Shown here in pieces: positions 1 through 12,424 of a DNA stretch of 38,078 bases (position 1 is the stretch's first letter; each line of letters begins with the position of its first letter). The translations under genes and the position numbers were made by a program. Source of the DNA: Burkholderiales bacterium (lineage in GTDB: Bacteria; Pseudomonadota; Gammaproteobacteria; Burkholderiales; SG8-39). The notes under the pieces were generated by a model, which had not been told where the DNA came from, searched no databases, and saw only the letters and a program-made list of their open reading frames with translations. The DNA is taken from assembly GCA_964201515.1 (NCBI GenBank), contig CAXNGL010000003.1, forward strand, positions 1 through 38,078, in the 5' to 3' direction.

Positions 1-518
1 AATTTGCGCCGATCCCACAAGTAGATGCTGCCCTTGTGAATCGGACCGCCTGCGCCCTGCACATTCGAGCGCAAGGCAAGGTCTGCAACGCCGTACAACG
101 GTGCCGCATGCACATTGGATAATCCGTGCGCGCCAGCGCTTGCGATCACATGCTCCGACACGCAGAACAGGCGCTGGTAGTGCCGCAGCCCTTCCGGAAA
201 TCGCTCATACAGGGGCATGTGCAGAATCCCGGTTAGCGTCACGCGGCTGGCGAAGCGAATCGCCGCCTCGGGTGGAAGCACCGAATGGGTGATCAGCAAC
301 GCTCCAGGTTCGACAATCTGGGCCTCGATCTCCGCTAATGAACGTACCCGAAAAAACACAGCCCCTGCAGGAATCAGCTTTGGCCAGAATTCCGCTTCGG
401 CATGAATGAACAGGCAATTCCGGTATCCGAGCTCGCCCAGTGCGGTGGTCAGGAAACGGGTAAATATTTCCCCGCCGCCAAGACTGAGTTGCAGATTGAT
501 TTGATAACAGGTCTTCAT
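1..518 (-). CDS. Glycosyltransferase, probably GT4 (N-terminal part; runs off the window edge)
   Basis: Absent from the ORF track because it has no stop in the window. Manual translation from ATG 518 (ATGA overlap with the asnB stop) gives MKTCYQINLQLSLGGGEIFTRFLTTALGELGY...LHMPLY...LFCVSEHV..., open to position 1. It has the GT4-like GGxE N-terminal motif and VSE motif. Confidence 0.75.
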   Translation of the reverse strand, partial: MKTCYQINLQLSLGGGEIFTRFLTTALGELGYRNCLFIHAEAEFWPKLIPAGAVFFRVRSLAEIEAQIVEPGALLITHSVLPPEAAIRFASRVTLTGILHMPLYERFPEGLRHYQRLFCVSEHVIASAGAHGLSNVHAAPLYGVADLALRSNVQGAGGPIHKGSIYLWDRRK

Positions 519-2410
519 CCGGACACTGAGAATCTGCGCATCCACAAAGCCAGTACCAGCAGCGGCCACAGGCGGTTGCCATGGCCGCGCTGGCCGGACA
601 CGTGCTCGGTGACATAACGCTCGACCACGTCCTGGCGGATCCAGGGTGCCAGCGTGCGGTTGCCAACCAGGAGATCGCGCATCATTTCCGCGAGGTCTTC
701 CTTCAGCCAGCGGCCAATCGGGGCCGAGAAGCCTTTCTTGGGCCGATCCATGAACTGCGCCGGAAGCCAGTCGCGGAAGGCCTCCTTGAGGATGTGCTTG
801 TGCCGGCCGGTGGCAGACAATTTGTAACTGCCGGGCAGCGAGAACGCGAATTCGATGAGTTCGTGATCGAGAAACGGCGAGCGGCACTCGAGCGAGTTCG
901 CCATGCTGGTCACGTCCACCTTGAACAAGATGTCTTCCGGCAGGAAGGTTTGCAGGTCGAGATGAAGATAACGATTGAGCATATCGGGCCCACCGGATGC
1001 ACCATCGCGAAAATGGCTGGCCAGGTAATCCGTGGTTCGCGTCGTGCCAATCGCCTCCCTGAACTCAGGCGTGAACAGCGGCGTCTTCTCGTCATCGCTG
1101 AAAAACGCCAGCAGGTGCTTGTAGCGTCCCATCCCCTCCATCCCGAGTATCTGGTCGGCCCGCGTTGACGGAAACGGCGGGCGACGCTTGTGCGGGCGCA
1201 TGCGGTTCTCCATCGCCACGGTCAGGCTGCGCAAGCCACGCCAGGCGGGCACCAAGCCGCGCCGCGCCAGCCAGTCCATGCGGCGGATCTGATAGAAACG
1301 CCGGTAGCCCGCGAAGGCTTCGTCACCGCCATCGCCGGTGAGCGCCACCGTCACCTCGGAGCGCGCGAAACGCGATACACAGTACGTGGGCATGACCGAG
1401 TTGTCCGCCAACGGCTCGCCGAGGTGCTCGATCATGCGCGGCATGATGTCGGCTGCGTCAGCCTTCACCATCATTTCGCTGTGGTCGGTCCCCAGATGAC
1501 GCGCCACTTCCCTGGCGTATGGCAGTTCGTTGAATTTCTCATCTTCGAATCCGATGGAAAACGTTTTCAGCGGCGAAGCCCCCAAGCGCGCCATCGCCGC
1601 CACGGTGATGCTCGAATCGATGCCGCCGGAGAGAAAGGCACCCAGCGGAACATCCGACACCAGCCGGATCCGGGTTGCCTCAAGCACTTTTTCGCGCAGC
1701 ACTTCGCAGGCATCGCCAAACGAGAGCTTGCTGCGCCTGACAAGATCAATGTCCCAATAGCGGAATATCCTTTCAATGCGGCCATCCTTGACCGTCATGG
1801 CATGTGCAGGCGGCAGCTTGCGGATGGCGGCAAACCCGCTCATCGGGGCCGGGATGTACTGGAAGGTCAGGTAATGATCAAGCCCCTGGAAATCCGGCTT
1901 TCTGGGCAATGACGGATCCAGCGCAAAGAGTGCCTGTATCTCGGAGCCGAACAGGAAGGCGCCATTGGCTTGCGCGTACACCAGTGGCTTGACGCCGAGC
2001 CGGTCGCGCGCCAGCGACAGTCGACGTTCCTGCCGGTCCCAGACGGCAAACGCAAACATGCCGCGCAGGCGCGCGAGGCAGCGCTCCAGTCCCTGTTTCG
2101 CGAACAGCCGCAGCAGCACTTCGGTGTCCGAGTGGCCCACGAAAGTTTCCCCCGCGCCCTCCAGTTCTGCGCGCAACTCCGGAAAGTTATAGATCTCGCC
2201 GTTGAAAACGATGATGTAGCGCCCGTCGGGGCTTTGCATCGGCTGGTGGCCGGCGGCAGTGAGATCGATGATGGCCAGCCGTGCAAATCCCAGCTGCGCC
2301 GCCCCCTCGCGCCACACACCCCGGTCATCCGGCCCGCGGTGGTTCAGACTGGCAATGCCGGCCTCCACCCCAATTACACTGTCGGACAGGCCGCCTACGA
2401 TGCCGCACAT
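515..2410 (-). CDS. asnB: Asparagine synthase (glutamine-hydrolysing)-type amidotransferase, polysaccharide-cluster type
   Basis: N-terminal MCGI (Ntn Cys2), HRGPD, NGEIYN, LSGGIDSS, TGDGGDE and RSPFLDH motifs; 631 aa. Confidence 0.93.
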   Translation of the reverse strand: MCGIVGGLSDSVIGVEAGIASLNHRGPDDRGVWREGAAQLGFARLAIIDLTAAGHQPMQSPDGRYIIVFNGEIYNFPELRAELEGAGETFVGHSDTEVLLRLFAKQGLERCLARLRGMFAFAVWDRQERRLSLARDRLGVKPLVYAQANGAFLFGSEIQALFALDPSLPRKPDFQGLDHYLTFQYIPAPMSGFAAIRKLPPAHAMTVKDGRIERIFRYWDIDLVRRSKLSFGDACEVLREKVLEATRIRLVSDVPLGAFLSGGIDSSITVAAMARLGASPLKTFSIGFEDEKFNELPYAREVARHLGTDHSEMMVKADAADIMPRMIEHLGEPLADNSVMPTYCVSRFARSEVTVALTGDGGDEAFAGYRRFYQIRRMDWLARRGLVPAWRGLRSLTVAMENRMRPHKRRPPFPSTRADQILGMEGMGRYKHLLAFFSDDEKTPLFTPEFREAIGTTRTTDYLASHFRDGASGGPDMLNRYLHLDLQTFLPEDILFKVDVTSMANSLECRSPFLDHELIEFAFSLPGSYKLSATGRHKHILKEAFRDWLPAQFMDRPKKGFSAPIGRWLKEDLAEMMRDLLVGNRTLAPWIRQDVVERYVTEHVSGQRGHGNRLWPLLVLALWMRRFSVSG

Positions 2411-2447
2411 GCTGCAATTCCCTTTCTGCAGTCAACGACCGTCCGGG

Positions 2448-3560
2448 TCATGCAATACCCCCACCCGGTGCAAGGATGGACTCCAGCCTCGCCGTATTGG
2501 CGGCCCAGGTGAAGTCCGACTCGGCGCGGGCACGCGCCAGCCGACCCATGCGTTCCAGGGTGTCCCGGTCGGCGCACAATCCTGCAATCGCCGCTGACCA
2601 TGCGGCAATATCACCCGGCGGCAACAGGCGACCGGTCTGCCCCTCGACGACGATCTCCGGCAAGCCCCCGTTGTCGGAGGCCAGTACCGGCAGCGCGCAT
2701 GCCATGGCCTCGACAACGCTGATACCAAATGCCTCCTCTCCCAGCGAGGGTTGGACGAATACATCGCAATTTGATAACAATTGAGGCAGTGACCCGTGGG
2801 CCATGGCGCCTGAAAAATGCACGCGCTGCGAGACCCCGAGTCTGTTCGCCAGGGACTCCAGGGCGCTGCGCTCCGGCCCGTCCCCGACAACGACATAGTG
2901 AATGTTCCCGGCAAGCCCTGCCAGCGCTTCGATGACCACGCGCGTCCCCTTCCAGCCCACCAGCCTTCCCACACTGACCAGCAGCGTATCGCCGGGACCG
3001 GCTCCAAGACCGACCCTGAAGGCTGTGTCCCGCGCCTGCGGCAGGAATGTCCCGGTGTCCACGCCGTTATGGATCACGGACACCGTGCGAACGTAACGTG
3101 CGCCGACCTGGCGCGCGTTATAGCGGCTCGCGGACACCCAGTGCGTTACCGCGCCGGCAAACCAGCGATCCGTCGGAAAGAAATCCGTACCGCCCGAACG
3201 AAACAGCGTTTGAGAGCGCAGGCCCTGTCTGCGAGCGCACCATAACACCGGAAAATCAAATGGTTTATTGATGATGATGGCGTCGTAACGAGATCCGAGC
3301 AAATGCGGCAAGGCATGCCGTGCGAAGGACAAACGCTCAGCCAGCCGGCGAAATCGCACGCCAAGGTCCGGCCACTCTTTCTCGGCACGAAATGGAAACT
3401 GCACCAATTCAACTTCATTGTGACGCGCCAGGCCGCGATTGCCGGCAACGATAGTGACCGCATGCCCGCGTCGCGCCAGCGCGCGTCCGGCTTCCCAGCA
3501 ATAGGTTTCCAGCCCCCCACTCAGGTAGGTCGCCGTGACATTGTAGAAACACACGCGCAT
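2448..3560 (-). CDS. GT4 glycosyltransferase
   Basis: True start taken as ATG 3560 (TGATG overlap with the ligase stop): MRVCFYN...GGLETY; NGVD, VGRLVGWKG and EAFGISVVEAMA motifs. The upstream 295 aa of the track ORF overlap the ligase gene and are spurious. Confidence 0.9.
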   Translation of the reverse strand: MRVCFYNVTATYLSGGLETYCWEAGRALARRGHAVTIVAGNRGLARHNEVELVQFPFRAEKEWPDLGVRFRRLAERLSFARHALPHLLGSRYDAIIINKPFDFPVLWCARRQGLRSQTLFRSGGTDFFPTDRWFAGAVTHWVSASRYNARQVGARYVRTVSVIHNGVDTGTFLPQARDTAFRVGLGAGPGDTLLVSVGRLVGWKGTRVVIEALAGLAGNIHYVVVGDGPERSALESLANRLGVSQRVHFSGAMAHGSLPQLLSNCDVFVQPSLGEEAFGISVVEAMACALPVLASDNGGLPEIVVEGQTGRLLPPGDIAAWSAAIAGLCADRDTLERMGRLARARAESDFTWAANTARLESILAPGGGIA

Positions 3561-4750
3561 CAAGCCGGTCCTGTAGTGCCGGCATCCCGGCGAGAGAGAA
3601 ATCCCATCAGTGCCCCGCTCAAGGCCCAGAACATCAGCGCACCATCGCGAAGAAAGAAGTCGTTGGTCATGTTGCGGGTCACGACACCGATGACCAGCAT
3701 GATGCCCGCTATCGCCGCGAGCCGGCAGTCGAGCCCAGGTCGGGCAATGTGCCGCCGGAACTCCCAGGAAAAAGAGAGGAATACCCCCAGCAGCGCCAGC
3801 ACTCCGGGCCAACCCATGCCGATGCCGTAGGTGAGGAGTACATTGTGCGGATGCCAGAGCAGTGACTGCGGCTCGGTCTTGGGCACCAGGTCGGGATAAG
3901 CCCGTTTCATGCTTTCGCGGCCAAATCCGGCACCCGTCAGCGGATGCTCCTGGATCGTCGCCAGGACACGCTGCCAGTGTTGCAGCCGGAAATCCCCGCT
4001 CAAGACCTGGATCTCCGGCGTGCTGTTCCTGACCTTGAGCGCGTGGACGCCAAGCACTGCCGCGCCGGTGATCACCAGTCCTGCTGCGATCAATGCCAGC
4101 GCGCCGTGCCGGGAGATGGCCAGCAAGCCCGCCTTGCGCAGCAACCACATCGCCGCGACGAACTGCAGGCCAAAGGCGACCCATACGATGCGCTGCTCGC
4201 TGACAATGGCAGCGACCAGGATGACGAGTGCAGCAGCGATGCCCGCCACCCGCCAGCGACCCGGCGCGGCGCAGGTCAACAGCAGCATGGCAGGGGCAAT
4301 CGCCGCCAGCGAAGCATAGGCGCCAACGCCGGTATGGCTGCCCCCATGGTCCCAGTAGCCGGTCCCGAAATGAAAAGCCAGCGCCCATAAGCCAATTCCA
4401 GCCGCAGTCGCCACCACGATGCGGCTCCACAGGCGCAGGATCCACGCCTCGCGTGTGATGGCAAAGAAGGCGACAAACGCCATCATGGCGTAGCCAATCT
4501 CGTTCTTGATCTCGCCCAAGGAATACGAACTGTCAACGGCATAGGCGAGGGATCCCACCGAAACGACGATCCAGAGCAACAGTGCCGGCTTGACCGGGAT
4601 GGGCGCCGGCAACAGCTTGCGCCAGGACAACGTCGCGACCGCAAAAGCCCCCGCCAGGCACGCCAGGCGCAGCGCCACCGTCCCCGGAAAAGGCAATATG
4701 AACAAGAAGACCGCAAAGGGGACGAGAGGAAGGAGGGCGCGCGTATTCAA
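3560..4750 (-). CDS. O-antigen ligase family (WaaL/Wzy_C) membrane protein
   Basis: Many hydrophobic segments, conserved R..W, HPLTGAGFG and HPHN motifs, LPS-cluster context; TTG start. Confidence 0.85.
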   Translation of the reverse strand: MNTRALLPLVPFAVFLFILPFPGTVALRLACLAGAFAVATLSWRKLLPAPIPVKPALLLWIVVSVGSLAYAVDSSYSLGEIKNEIGYAMMAFVAFFAITREAWILRLWSRIVVATAAGIGLWALAFHFGTGYWDHGGSHTGVGAYASLAAIAPAMLLLTCAAPGRWRVAGIAAALVILVAAIVSEQRIVWVAFGLQFVAAMWLLRKAGLLAISRHGALALIAAGLVITGAAVLGVHALKVRNSTPEIQVLSGDFRLQHWQRVLATIQEHPLTGAGFGRESMKRAYPDLVPKTEPQSLLWHPHNVLLTYGIGMGWPGVLALLGVFLSFSWEFRRHIARPGLDCRLAAIAGIMLVIGVVTRNMTNDFFLRDGALMFWALSGALMGFLSRRDAGTTGPA

Positions 4751-5901
4751 TTCTTCACCAACATGTCATCGTACAGCCGCTCGACATCCGCCACGATGTG
4801 TTGCCAGTCAAAGCGGCGCTCGACCAGCTCACGCGCAGAATTGGCCTGTTGTTCCAACTTCAACGGAGACTGCATCGCCGAACCAATGGCGCGTGCAAGC
4901 ACTTCATCGGTCGCCTCGCCATCGACCAACACTGCGTTCTCGCCGTCGCGCATGTATTCGGTCATGCCACCCTTTCTCAGCGCCAGCACCGGAACATGCG
5001 CCGCCATGGCCTCGATGGCAACCATCGAAAAAGGCTCTTCAAAACGCGAAGGGATGACCAGCAAATCGGCCAGCCCGTACAACCTGGCCATATCCTGGGG
5101 CATGGCCATTCCCAGCAAGGTGTGGGGCACATCCCGAAGTTGAGCGGTCAAGTCCAGGGCGAAACGCGCCCGCGCACTGGAACGCGGATCCCCGCCCGGC
5201 CATTCCCCGACCAGCACCAGGTGAAACCGTTCACGCCCAAGGTGCCGCATGGCAGCCACCAATCGATCAGCACCCTTTTCAGGCGAGATGCGGCCCGCGT
5301 ACAACACCACCAGGCGATCGGCTGGAACGCCACACTCAACGCGCAATGCCCGTTTTTCCTCTTCCGTCCTTCGCGTACGCGGATACGCTGCAATATCCAC
5401 GCCGTTCGCCAAAGTGGTAAATCGCTCGGCCAACACGCGTCGATCCCGGTACCACTCGCAGATGTAGCTACTGCATCCGACCAGGGCCGCCACCCGCGCT
5501 CCGATGCCACCCTCCTTCTCGTTGTGCATGTGCAGTATCACCCGCGCACCAGGCACGCCGCGCACCACTGGCAGCACAAATTTCGGTGCATTGTGGATAT
5601 GCACAATGGCGGGTTGAATCGACCTCGCGTATTGCACCACGCGATCAATGTAGGAATACGGGTCGAGCCGTGTCAGCTTGCGAAACACGCGATTGTAGGC
5701 GCGGCCAATTCGAATGCGGCAGTAGTGGACTTCACCATCGGCCTCCCGATCCGGCCGGGTCGGATGCGGCACGCTGGCCACATGGGCCTGGTACCGCGTC
5801 AACCGGTGCGCGACTGCATCGATCCACTGCTCCACGGCTGCGCCCTTCACGGGGGGGATTGGATGCACCTCCTGCGACATCATGAGCACGTGCGGTTTCA
5901 T
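4747..5901 (-). CDS. GT4 glycosyltransferase
   Basis: GAAVE N-terminal motif, NGVD, YAGRISPEKG and EPFSMVAIEAMA. Start 5901 by ATGA overlap (5907 is an alternative). Confidence 0.9.
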   Translation of the reverse strand: MKPHVLMMSQEVHPIPPVKGAAVEQWIDAVAHRLTRYQAHVASVPHPTRPDREADGEVHYCRIRIGRAYNRVFRKLTRLDPYSYIDRVVQYARSIQPAIVHIHNAPKFVLPVVRGVPGARVILHMHNEKEGGIGARVAALVGCSSYICEWYRDRRVLAERFTTLANGVDIAAYPRTRRTEEEKRALRVECGVPADRLVVLYAGRISPEKGADRLVAAMRHLGRERFHLVLVGEWPGGDPRSSARARFALDLTAQLRDVPHTLLGMAMPQDMARLYGLADLLVIPSRFEEPFSMVAIEAMAAHVPVLALRKGGMTEYMRDGENAVLVDGEATDEVLARAIGSAMQSPLKLEQQANSARELVERRFDWQHIVADVERLYDDMLVKN

Positions 5902-6908
5902 GCCCATGGCGCCGAAGCCAGCAATTTGCAGGCCGCATCAAATACCGCATCCACGGAAATGCTTTCCATGCCCGCATTGGCAGCGCCCTCAAGAACCATG
6001 CAGCGCGGATTGTCCAGCGACATGAGGTTTCTCGCCGGGTAGCGCGGGTGGTACAGCGCCACCATCGGTATTCCCAAGGCCCCGGCAATGTGCGTGGGGC
6101 CGGTATCAACACCGACGTACAGCGCCAGTTCGCTCATGACTGCAGCGCTCTCACGCAACGCCAGCCGGCCTGCGGCAATCGTGACGCGCCCGGGCAGCGC
6201 CTTTTCAAGAATCGCAACTTTTTCCCTCGCAGCGGCATCTCCGAGCAAGATCAGATGCAATCCCGGAATCGCTGCGCACATGCGACTTGCCAGGTCCACG
6301 AACCGTTCGATAGGCCAGTCACGATGTGCCTTGGTCGGGAAACTGAAGGCTTGGAATCCCACCAGAACGGATGCATCACCTGATACCTGCTGCGAGATCC
6401 ATTGTCGGGCGAAGCGCGTTTCTTCCCCGGTCACACGGTAGGCGAGCCGCTCGTCGCCCACTTCCACCGACGCCGCCGCCACCAGCAAGGCGCGCTCGCG
6501 AACCGCGTGCAGCGAAAAATCTTCCGGGACAGGCACCCGTATCACCGGGCCCTCGATTTCCCGATAGGCCGGGTGGTCAAAAGCGATGCTGTTGTCTGCT
6601 ACCCGCATGCAATATCGCAGCAGGGCCGGCTCTGAGCCCCAGCAGACCGCCACATCATGGCGCCTGCCGTGCACCAGGCCGCGGAACCATGCCGACTGTT
6701 TTGTGATTGCTCCCAACGCATCGATGAAGTCAAGATTGCGCAGCACGTCCAATCGTTGCGGATGCGCCAGCACGGTCAAATGAGCGCACCTTGCCCGCAA
6801 AGCGCGCAACGCCGGTGTTACCAGCAGCGTATCGCCGATCCTGGACACGATGACCGCGCACACCCGGGATCCGGGGTGCACGCGGACCCTGGCGGGCGAT
6901 ACGTTCAT
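5898..6908 (-). CDS. GT9 (heptosyltransferase-family) glycosyltransferase
   Basis: SRIGDTLLVTP, RDWP and GVDTGPTHIAGALG motifs; start 6908 by ATGA overlap. Confidence 0.9.
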   Translation of the reverse strand: MNVSPARVRVHPGSRVCAVIVSRIGDTLLVTPALRALRARCAHLTVLAHPQRLDVLRNLDFIDALGAITKQSAWFRGLVHGRRHDVAVCWGSEPALLRYCMRVADNSIAFDHPAYREIEGPVIRVPVPEDFSLHAVRERALLVAAASVEVGDERLAYRVTGEETRFARQWISQQVSGDASVLVGFQAFSFPTKAHRDWPIERFVDLASRMCAAIPGLHLILLGDAAAREKVAILEKALPGRVTIAAGRLALRESAAVMSELALYVGVDTGPTHIAGALGIPMVALYHPRYPARNLMSLDNPRCMVLEGAANAGMESISVDAVFDAACKLLASAPWA

Positions 6909-8001
6909 GCCAGGGTCGCCTGGAAAATACGTTCCATTGCCTCGACCATGCGGACAGCGGCAAAGCGCTCCGTTGCCATCGCCAGCCCGGCCGCGCCCAG
7001 GGTGGCGCACAGCGCCGCATCGTCCCTGAGTTTGCAGAGCACCCCTCGCAGGGCAGCCGAATCCCTGGGTGCGACCATGAGACCCGTCTTGTCATGCATG
7101 ACGATTTCGCCGATGGCACCCACGGGCGTCGATACCACCGGACAACCACAGGCCATGGCCTGCATGATCGATTGCGGCACGCCCTCGTTGGCGTAGGAAG
7201 GCAGGACGAAAACGTCGAATGCACGAAGCCAGGGCGAGACCTCATCCTGGTTGCCGGGCATGCGTACCTGATCCTCCAGGCCGAGCGAGCGGACCTGGGC
7301 GCGCAGGTTGTCGCGGCCCGGACCGTCGCCGACGATGACCAGCAGCACCCGCTTGTCCCCCATCGCGGCGATTGCATCCACAAGAAAACGGTGGCCCTTC
7401 CAGCTGCGAAGGGTCGCGACAATTCCGATGATGAAGCGATCCTGCGGAAGCGACATTTGTTCCCGGGCGTTTATCCTGTCGCCGGGCGAGAATCGATCAA
7501 GATCAATGCCGGTGGGTACCGACGTCACGCGCGCGGGATCCAGGCGGGCTTCCTCAATGACCTGTCTACGCAGTGCTTCCCCGGTGGTGACCACATGCGC
7601 CGTTGCACTGCCATACAACCATCGCGTTGCGGCATTGCCTGAGATCGGCGCGGAGACATGACGAGTGCGCACCAACGGCGCGCGCCGAACGTGCGCAACC
7701 GTCGCCAGGGCCAGGGCTGCCAGCCAGCTGTCGGTCGAACTGTGGCTATTGATGACGCTCCAGGGGCGCGCCAGCACCGCCTGCCGCGTAGCTCGCACGC
7801 CGGCCAGGCCTTTGCGGGCAATCGCCAGCGACATCACGGGAATGCCGCGCTTTTCCGCCTCCGCAAAAATACGGGACTCGGGGGGCGCAGCGATGCAAAC
7901 GTCGTGCCCGCGACGCCCGAATCCTTCGGCTTCAGTAATGATGCGAAGTTCCTGCCCACCCCAGCCGCATGACGATTCGGTGTGCAAGACCGAGAGCCCG
8001 G

Positions 8002-8005
<4 letters not shown>
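6905..8005 (-). CDS. GT4 glycosyltransferase
   Basis: HTESSCGWGGQE, HSSTD, LRSWKGH and EGVPQSIMQAMA motifs. Confidence 0.9.
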
Positions 8006-9762
<1,757 letters not shown>

Positions 9763-9927
9763 TCAGATACCCTCGGGCCCCTGATGCCGGAAACTGAGCA
9801 TCGAGACTCTTCTGGAAAGAGTTGAATTGTAACCGTTTTTGGGTATTTCTCGGCTGCGATCCCAGCGTCAGCCAAGATCCCCCGAGACTCTTTCTCGGTC
9901 ATGAAAAACCGACGCTTGATGCGGCGA

Positions 9928-11088
9928 TCAGCCGCGCCTGCCGGTTGTGAGCAGTTCGCGATACAGCGACAGCAATTTTTCCGACATTGATGCCAGCGAA
10001 AGGCCCTCGGCCACCGCGCGCGCGCTGCCTCTCATCGTCTCCAGGTCGGGTGACGAGATCTGCGTGAGGATACGGGACAGCGCAGGCGTATCCAGGGCAT
10101 CACAAACCCAACCATTTGTCCCCGTCGTCAAAAGTTCGGCGGCACCGCATTGCGCCGACGTGACGACCGGAAGGCCGCAGGCCATGGCTTCCAGCACTGC
10201 ATTGGGGAAGGGATCATAGAGCGTCGGGAGCACAAACGCGTCAGCCATCCCGTACCATGGCGCAGGATCCAGCTGCGGCCCGGCAAAGTGAACTCGCCGT
10301 GCAACGCCAAGACTTTCGGCTTGCCGACGATACCGCTCGGCATGCCTATCGGCGCCAACCACCACTACAAACGCATCCCCTCGCGAGGTCTCGATGCCTG
10401 CAAAAGACTCCAGCAGGCGACCCACCCCCTTGCGCTCGAATCCGGAGCCCAGCAACAGAAAGACCATGGCCCCGGCGGGAATGCCAAGGCGCGAGCGCAT
10501 GGGCTTGCACCATTGCGCCCGCAAGCGTGGGTGAAAGCGCTCGAGATCTACTCCGTTATGGATTACGCACAGCTTGTCCTCGCCCACGCCAAAGTGAGAG
10601 CGAACTTCGGCCGCAACCATGCGCGAATTACAAATGACCGCGCGCAGCCGCGGGCTTGTAAAAAGGCGGCGCTCGGCCGCCAGGGTATAGCGGTGCCACG
10701 GACTGGCCGACTGCGCCATGCGCCGAAACGGGCCCAGCGTGCGCGCGCGGTTCAGGAGCCATTGCGCGTGCACACCATCCCCGGCACGGTAGATATCGCA
10801 GCAGACGATCCGCTCATGCGACTGCACGAGATCGAAGTCGCCCTTGACGGCCGCACACGCGGCGCGCGCAAAACTCCAGTCGCGCCAGGTGCGCCCGACG
10901 TAGGGTGGATCGCAAAGCACGACGCGCGCAGAGGACTCGGACTCCCCGCCGCGCCAGTCGCGCGCGATCAGCGTGAGCGAAACCCCTTGCTGGGCATCCA
11001 GCGACTGCATGGCCTGCTCGACGAAGCGCTCCGCGCCGCCAAACGGGTTGTAGCGCTGGCGAATCAACGCGAGCTTCACGCGTGCCAC
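9928..11088 (-). CDS. GT4 LPS core glycosyltransferase, WaaG/RfaG-like
   Basis: KLALIRQRYNPFGGAERF, YRAGDGVH, GSGFERKG and DPFPNAVLEAMA; follows waaQ as in enterobacterial waaQG. GTG 11079 is an alternative start. Confidence 0.85.
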   Translation of the reverse strand: MARVKLALIRQRYNPFGGAERFVEQAMQSLDAQQGVSLTLIARDWRGGESESSARVVLCDPPYVGRTWRDWSFARAACAAVKGDFDLVQSHERIVCCDIYRAGDGVHAQWLLNRARTLGPFRRMAQSASPWHRYTLAAERRLFTSPRLRAVICNSRMVAAEVRSHFGVGEDKLCVIHNGVDLERFHPRLRAQWCKPMRSRLGIPAGAMVFLLLGSGFERKGVGRLLESFAGIETSRGDAFVVVVGADRHAERYRRQAESLGVARRVHFAGPQLDPAPWYGMADAFVLPTLYDPFPNAVLEAMACGLPVVTSAQCGAAELLTTGTNGWVCDALDTPALSRILTQISSPDLETMRGSARAVAEGLSLASMSEKLLSLYRELLTTGRRG

Positions 11089-11092
11089 GCCA

Positions 11093-12196
11093 CTACCGTG
11101 TCTCGGCGAGCAATGCGTCGATGGCGGCCAGCACTTTTGATTCGGGCAGAGTGGTCAGGCATTCGCTGACCTTGCCGCCCCCACAACCATCGTTGCCGCA
11201 GGGCCGGCAGCGGTGCACCAGCGACGACACGACACGATGCGGCACCTCCCACGGCCCCCACTCGGCATCACCGCTGGGGCCGAAAAGCGCCACCACGGGC
11301 GTCTGCATTGCCGCTGCAATGTGCATTGGCGCAGAATCAACGCCGATAAAAAGCTTTGCACGGGCGGTGAACGCGGCGAGTTCCTTCAGTGACAATTGGC
11401 CCGAAAGGTCGACGATGCGTTCAGGCGCGCTCGATCGCTTTATGATGGCGGAAAGCAGCTTTCGTTCATCATCCGTCGGTGCCGCGGTCAGAACCACTCG
11501 CTCTCCGCGCCCAATGAGCGTATCAATCAGCGCCGCCATCCGATCGACCGGCCAGCACTTGAATTGCCAGCGCGATGCAGGATGAATATGAATAAAGCCC
11601 CTGACCGCAAGGCCGTGCGCCTTGAGAATTGAATCCACTTGCGCGTCGGCTTCGCCGCCGGGTACAAAGACGAGCTTGCGATCCTGCGCCATCGGTTGTA
11701 CGCCGATGCGCCGCAGGGCATCGAGATTCCAGTCCACCATGTGCCGCAGGGCATTCTTAGGCAGCGCGATGCGATGCGTGAAGCTGCGCCTCCAGAACTT
11801 CGGTTTGTTCGCGTAGCCCGGCGCCACGGCATAGCGGCATCCCAGCGTGCGCGCCAACCACGCGCCACGCGGATGTTCCGAAAGGTGGATGAGCAGGTCG
11901 TAGCGATTGGCACGCAGCTGCGAAAACAGCCGCCATTCGGCAGCAACTCTGGTCATGAGTCCAGCGCCCTTCCAGCCGCGGTCAATGCTGTACACCTCGC
12001 CAACTGCCGGGTGGAGCGTCAGCATGTCTCGCGTATCCGCATAGACGAGCGCATCAATTTGCACATGGGGCGCGTGATTCTTCAGCGTCGAAAACACCGG
12101 GGACGTCAGCAGCACATCCCCGTGATGGCGCAGCTTCACCACCAGGATGCGCTTCACGGCTGAGAATTCGATGCGGTCGGCTGGCCCATTCAACAT
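11093..12196 (-). CDS. waaQ: Putative LPS heptosyltransferase III (GT9)
   Basis: KRILVVKLRHHGDVLLTSP, HPASRWQFKCWP and GVDSAPMHIAAA. Start 12196 preferred over 12208, which lies inside a likely -10 box. Confidence 0.85.
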   Translation of the reverse strand: MLNGPADRIEFSAVKRILVVKLRHHGDVLLTSPVFSTLKNHAPHVQIDALVYADTRDMLTLHPAVGEVYSIDRGWKGAGLMTRVAAEWRLFSQLRANRYDLLIHLSEHPRGAWLARTLGCRYAVAPGYANKPKFWRRSFTHRIALPKNALRHMVDWNLDALRRIGVQPMAQDRKLVFVPGGEADAQVDSILKAHGLAVRGFIHIHPASRWQFKCWPVDRMAALIDTLIGRGERVVLTAAPTDDERKLLSAIIKRSSAPERIVDLSGQLSLKELAAFTARAKLFIGVDSAPMHIAAAMQTPVVALFGPSGDAEWGPWEVPHRVVSSLVHRCRPCGNDGCGGGKVSECLTTLPESKVLAAIDALLAETR

Positions 12197-12203
12197 GGCC
12201 CGC

Positions 12204-12212
12204 ACCATAGCA
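12204..12212 (-). promoter_or_regulatory. Extended -10 element (TGCTATGGT) upstream of waaQ
   Basis: TGn plus TATGGT, preceded by a T-tract and 7 nt before ATG 12196. Confidence 0.4.
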
Positions 12213-12424
12213 GAAAAAAAGCACCGCAGAAAACGCGCTCACGCGGCCGCTAGTGCAGTTCAGCGATTCGGGCTAGACCCATGAACGCGCACCGCGTGAC
12301 AAAGGCGTTTTGCGATATGAATGGTTATCACCTTGCGCTCCTGCTTCAGGGGCCATTCCAGTATCGCTGAAATGGCGCACAAGCAACCAGCCTGCCCGAC
12401 ATTGCCCGCCGGACGCAAGACGAT

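Noticed and set aside
3561-4445. Apparent 665-aa glycosyltransferase with a long N-terminal extension
   Set aside because: The extension overlaps the ligase gene in another frame; the real start is 3560.
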